This document shows, in pieces, positions 61,692 through 64,000 of a stretch of DNA of 64,000 nucleotides. Origin of the DNA: Pseudovirgaria hyperparasitica (Eukaryota); the NCBI GenBank assembly GCA_010093815.1, contig ML996574.1. One strand, 5' to 3'. The notes beneath the pieces were generated by a model that was not told the DNA's origin, did not search any database, and saw only the letters and a program-made list of their open reading frames with translations. Positions within the stretch are counted from its first letter, which is position 1. Each line of letters opens with the position of its first letter. Made by a program: the position numbers and the translations under genes.

Positions 61692-63208
61692 ACCACAGTC
61701 TGCTGGTCATGACCCTGTCACTCGAACGTCTGATATTGTCCGACGAGAAGTGGCGGCGCACAACTCGAATAAGAATCTTCGTGTAAATATCTATTGGCGT
61801 TCAGGGGCGGATATACCCGTTTGCTATCACTTCAGGGATTATTGTCCTCTAATTCACTCTCATCGAATCTTGAATTCTTTTAATATCTTGTGGTATCATA
61901 GTGACAAACATGCCGAACGTGACCGCCGCATCATAACAACACCGATTTACCCATCAGATGATGAACTCCCACTATGCCTCAGTCACATTTTGACCCGACA
62001 ACCCGCCATTTTAGTGCAGCACATACTGACATGCAATATCATCACACAAACATGTCTATTCTATACATCAGGTAGTAGGCATATCATGTTGTCTAGTTTC
62101 TGTCAATCGGGACGAGCCCGAAAGAAGCCATGAAAGTATATATCCACATACTGGGCTGGAGCCCAGGGGAGAAATTGTTCCCGTCAACAGTGTGGGAGCG
62201 TGATAGAGCATGCGACCATAAAGAAGGACAAGAAAGGAAACAGACAACAATCGCGATGCACTCGACGCGAAATCTAAACAGCACCATGGGTCTGCATTCA
62301 GCAATCTTTATGAAAGAGATTGGCGCCACTTGTACTATGTATGTATCCGCAAGCTGAGAAAAATGTCCGGGGATCGAGTGTAGGCAAGAAACTCTCCCAT
62401 TCACGCACGGCTATACTAACGACGGCAGTGGATATGAGGGCATTAGTAATGGATATAGTAACTCCATGGCAGTGGTATGAATTACAGATTGTATTCTAGA
62501 CCGCTGTTGGAGTATCCGCCGCGAAGTCGTCGCTATCCGTAGTGCCCATCACTGTCCTCGGTCTAGGCATTAGTTGGATGGTATTATGTTTTGCTACGTT
62601 GACCTTCAAAGGATTTACACCATGTGGATTGCTGAATATGACAGACGACACACTGTCATGTGAGATGGTTCTAGATGATTAGACTGATTTGATCGTGAGA
62701 CTTCGAGAAGTTGGTTATTGTCGCAGCAGGTTCTTAGGGGAGAAAGTCACATCGATCAGACAGTCTTGAGTACGAGTGTTAAAATTTGAATAAGCTTTCA
62801 GGGGTACGTAATTACTGTTCGTACCGTCATTTCAGGCAATAGCGAATAGCCTGATATTTGAACTGCCGTCGAGCCTCTACAACTAAATTCTCAAGACCAA
62901 CTACTCGAGTCAGACTCTGGGTTGACGTTTTGATTAACTTCAGTATTCCATTACCCGTCTAAATGACTTGACCTACGACCTCTAAGCTCCATGCAGTGCA
63001 GCTCTTTGACGGTCCATGGACCACCTCTCGTGCTTCCATAATGACTGGACACGAGTTTTGCTGATCTATGAGTGTGGTTTGTCGGTATATAGCCCGACCA
63101 TTACTCAGATTCTCCACTCCAGCAGACTATAGATATGCTTTCCGTCTTAAAAGTCGAATTTTCACTCACATCTCAGCGCGGAATTCCATGTATCGGCCTG
63201 AGCAGAAC

Positions 63209-64000
63209 TTACGTCCTTTCCGTCGTCTTGTAATGCGTCAGGATGGCCTCCATCTACAAATGTATCGACCAACGTCCTCAGCTCTGACTTGAGTCTGGAG
63301 CTGTTAGCGTATGGTATGATATGCTGATTATACGAAACTTCGCCTTACATGTCGCGAAAACGCTCAACCTCGAAATACATAATCGAGAGAAGTACGTGGA
63401 ACTTCATAGCATACACGGCATTTCTCTGGTCGAATTCGTCGATGGGCTCTGATAACGAGTGAAGTTTTTTATACTCTTCAATCGCCGGTTGTCTCAAGTT
63501 GTACCTTGGATTTCGACAGATCCCAAGGTCCGCTAGCTAATGATTAGAGCGGTAATCCCACAGCTCCGGACAAGTACTCACCTTCGTGGTGTCCCCAAAA
63601 CGCACATGCGTCAAACATGCACACTCCAGTGCCATCAGCGCGAGGCTTAATATTCCCAGGCCATAGATCAGAGTGTATCAAACACGGTGTCACTGTTCTC
63701 CCGTGACTTTCGAGTGGGCCCAGGTATCTAGGAATGACGCTCTGGAGGAAGATCTCACTCAAACGCGCCATTTCTAGATCCTCCTCGTGTTTATTGGCCT
63801 CCTGATCAAACAGCCCGCGCATTTGCTGTGTCCAGAAGTCTACCCAAGACATGTTCCAGGAGTTGTTCACGGGTACATTAGCCAGGTGTGTGGTTACGTC
63901 AAACCCAAATCGAGTTGAAGGGCCCCGCCCCATGCTCCGCGTGTGTAATAGAGACACGGCAGCGGCCCACTCTCGTGGGCTCAGGATATCGTCCTTCATC
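63209..64000 (-). CDS. Fructosamine/ketosamine-3-kinase family protein (5'-partial)
   Basis: FGFDVTT, PCLIHSDLWPGN, FDACAFWGHHE | ADLG...SEPIDEFDQRNAVY. Two introns; stop at 63209. Confidence 0.88.

Overview
Eukaryotic, intron-containing DNA from a filamentous ascomycete (Pezizomycotina; short GT-AG introns with CTRAY branch points). There is one 215-nt assembly gap. I find about 22 protein-coding loci. Housekeeping genes: delta-COP, Mis12, PIG-A/Spt14, Dbp6, Srp19/Sec65, a LAMMER kinase, an RNR-inhibitor-family protein and an HSP20. Enzymes: a GT34 glycosyltransferase, an epoxide-hydrolase-type alpha/beta hydrolase, a sulfotransferase-like P-loop protein, a LigB-type extradiol dioxygenase, an A1 aspartic protease, a class-III aminotransferase and a fructosamine-kinase-family protein. 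There is also a PTH11-like membrane protein, a Bet v1-like protein and a collapsed sugar-transporter pseudogene. Two genes are absent from the ORF track: a >=688-codon PHD-finger gene running off the left edge, and a five-exon gene for a 110-aa secreted Pro/Arg-rich repeat peptide with a dibasic (Kex2-type) site, upstream of the PTH11-like gene. Other notable items: a secreted protein with two peptidoglycan-binding-like repeats, a double-cupredoxin secreted protein, two orphan proteins with PARP-type zinc-finger-like motifs, a GC-AG intron, HSE and MCB promoter elements, and repeated C-rich to G-rich skew switches that are independent of gene orientation. No rRNA, tRNA, CRISPR or intact transposon was seen. 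All calls come from manual reading; no searches were run.
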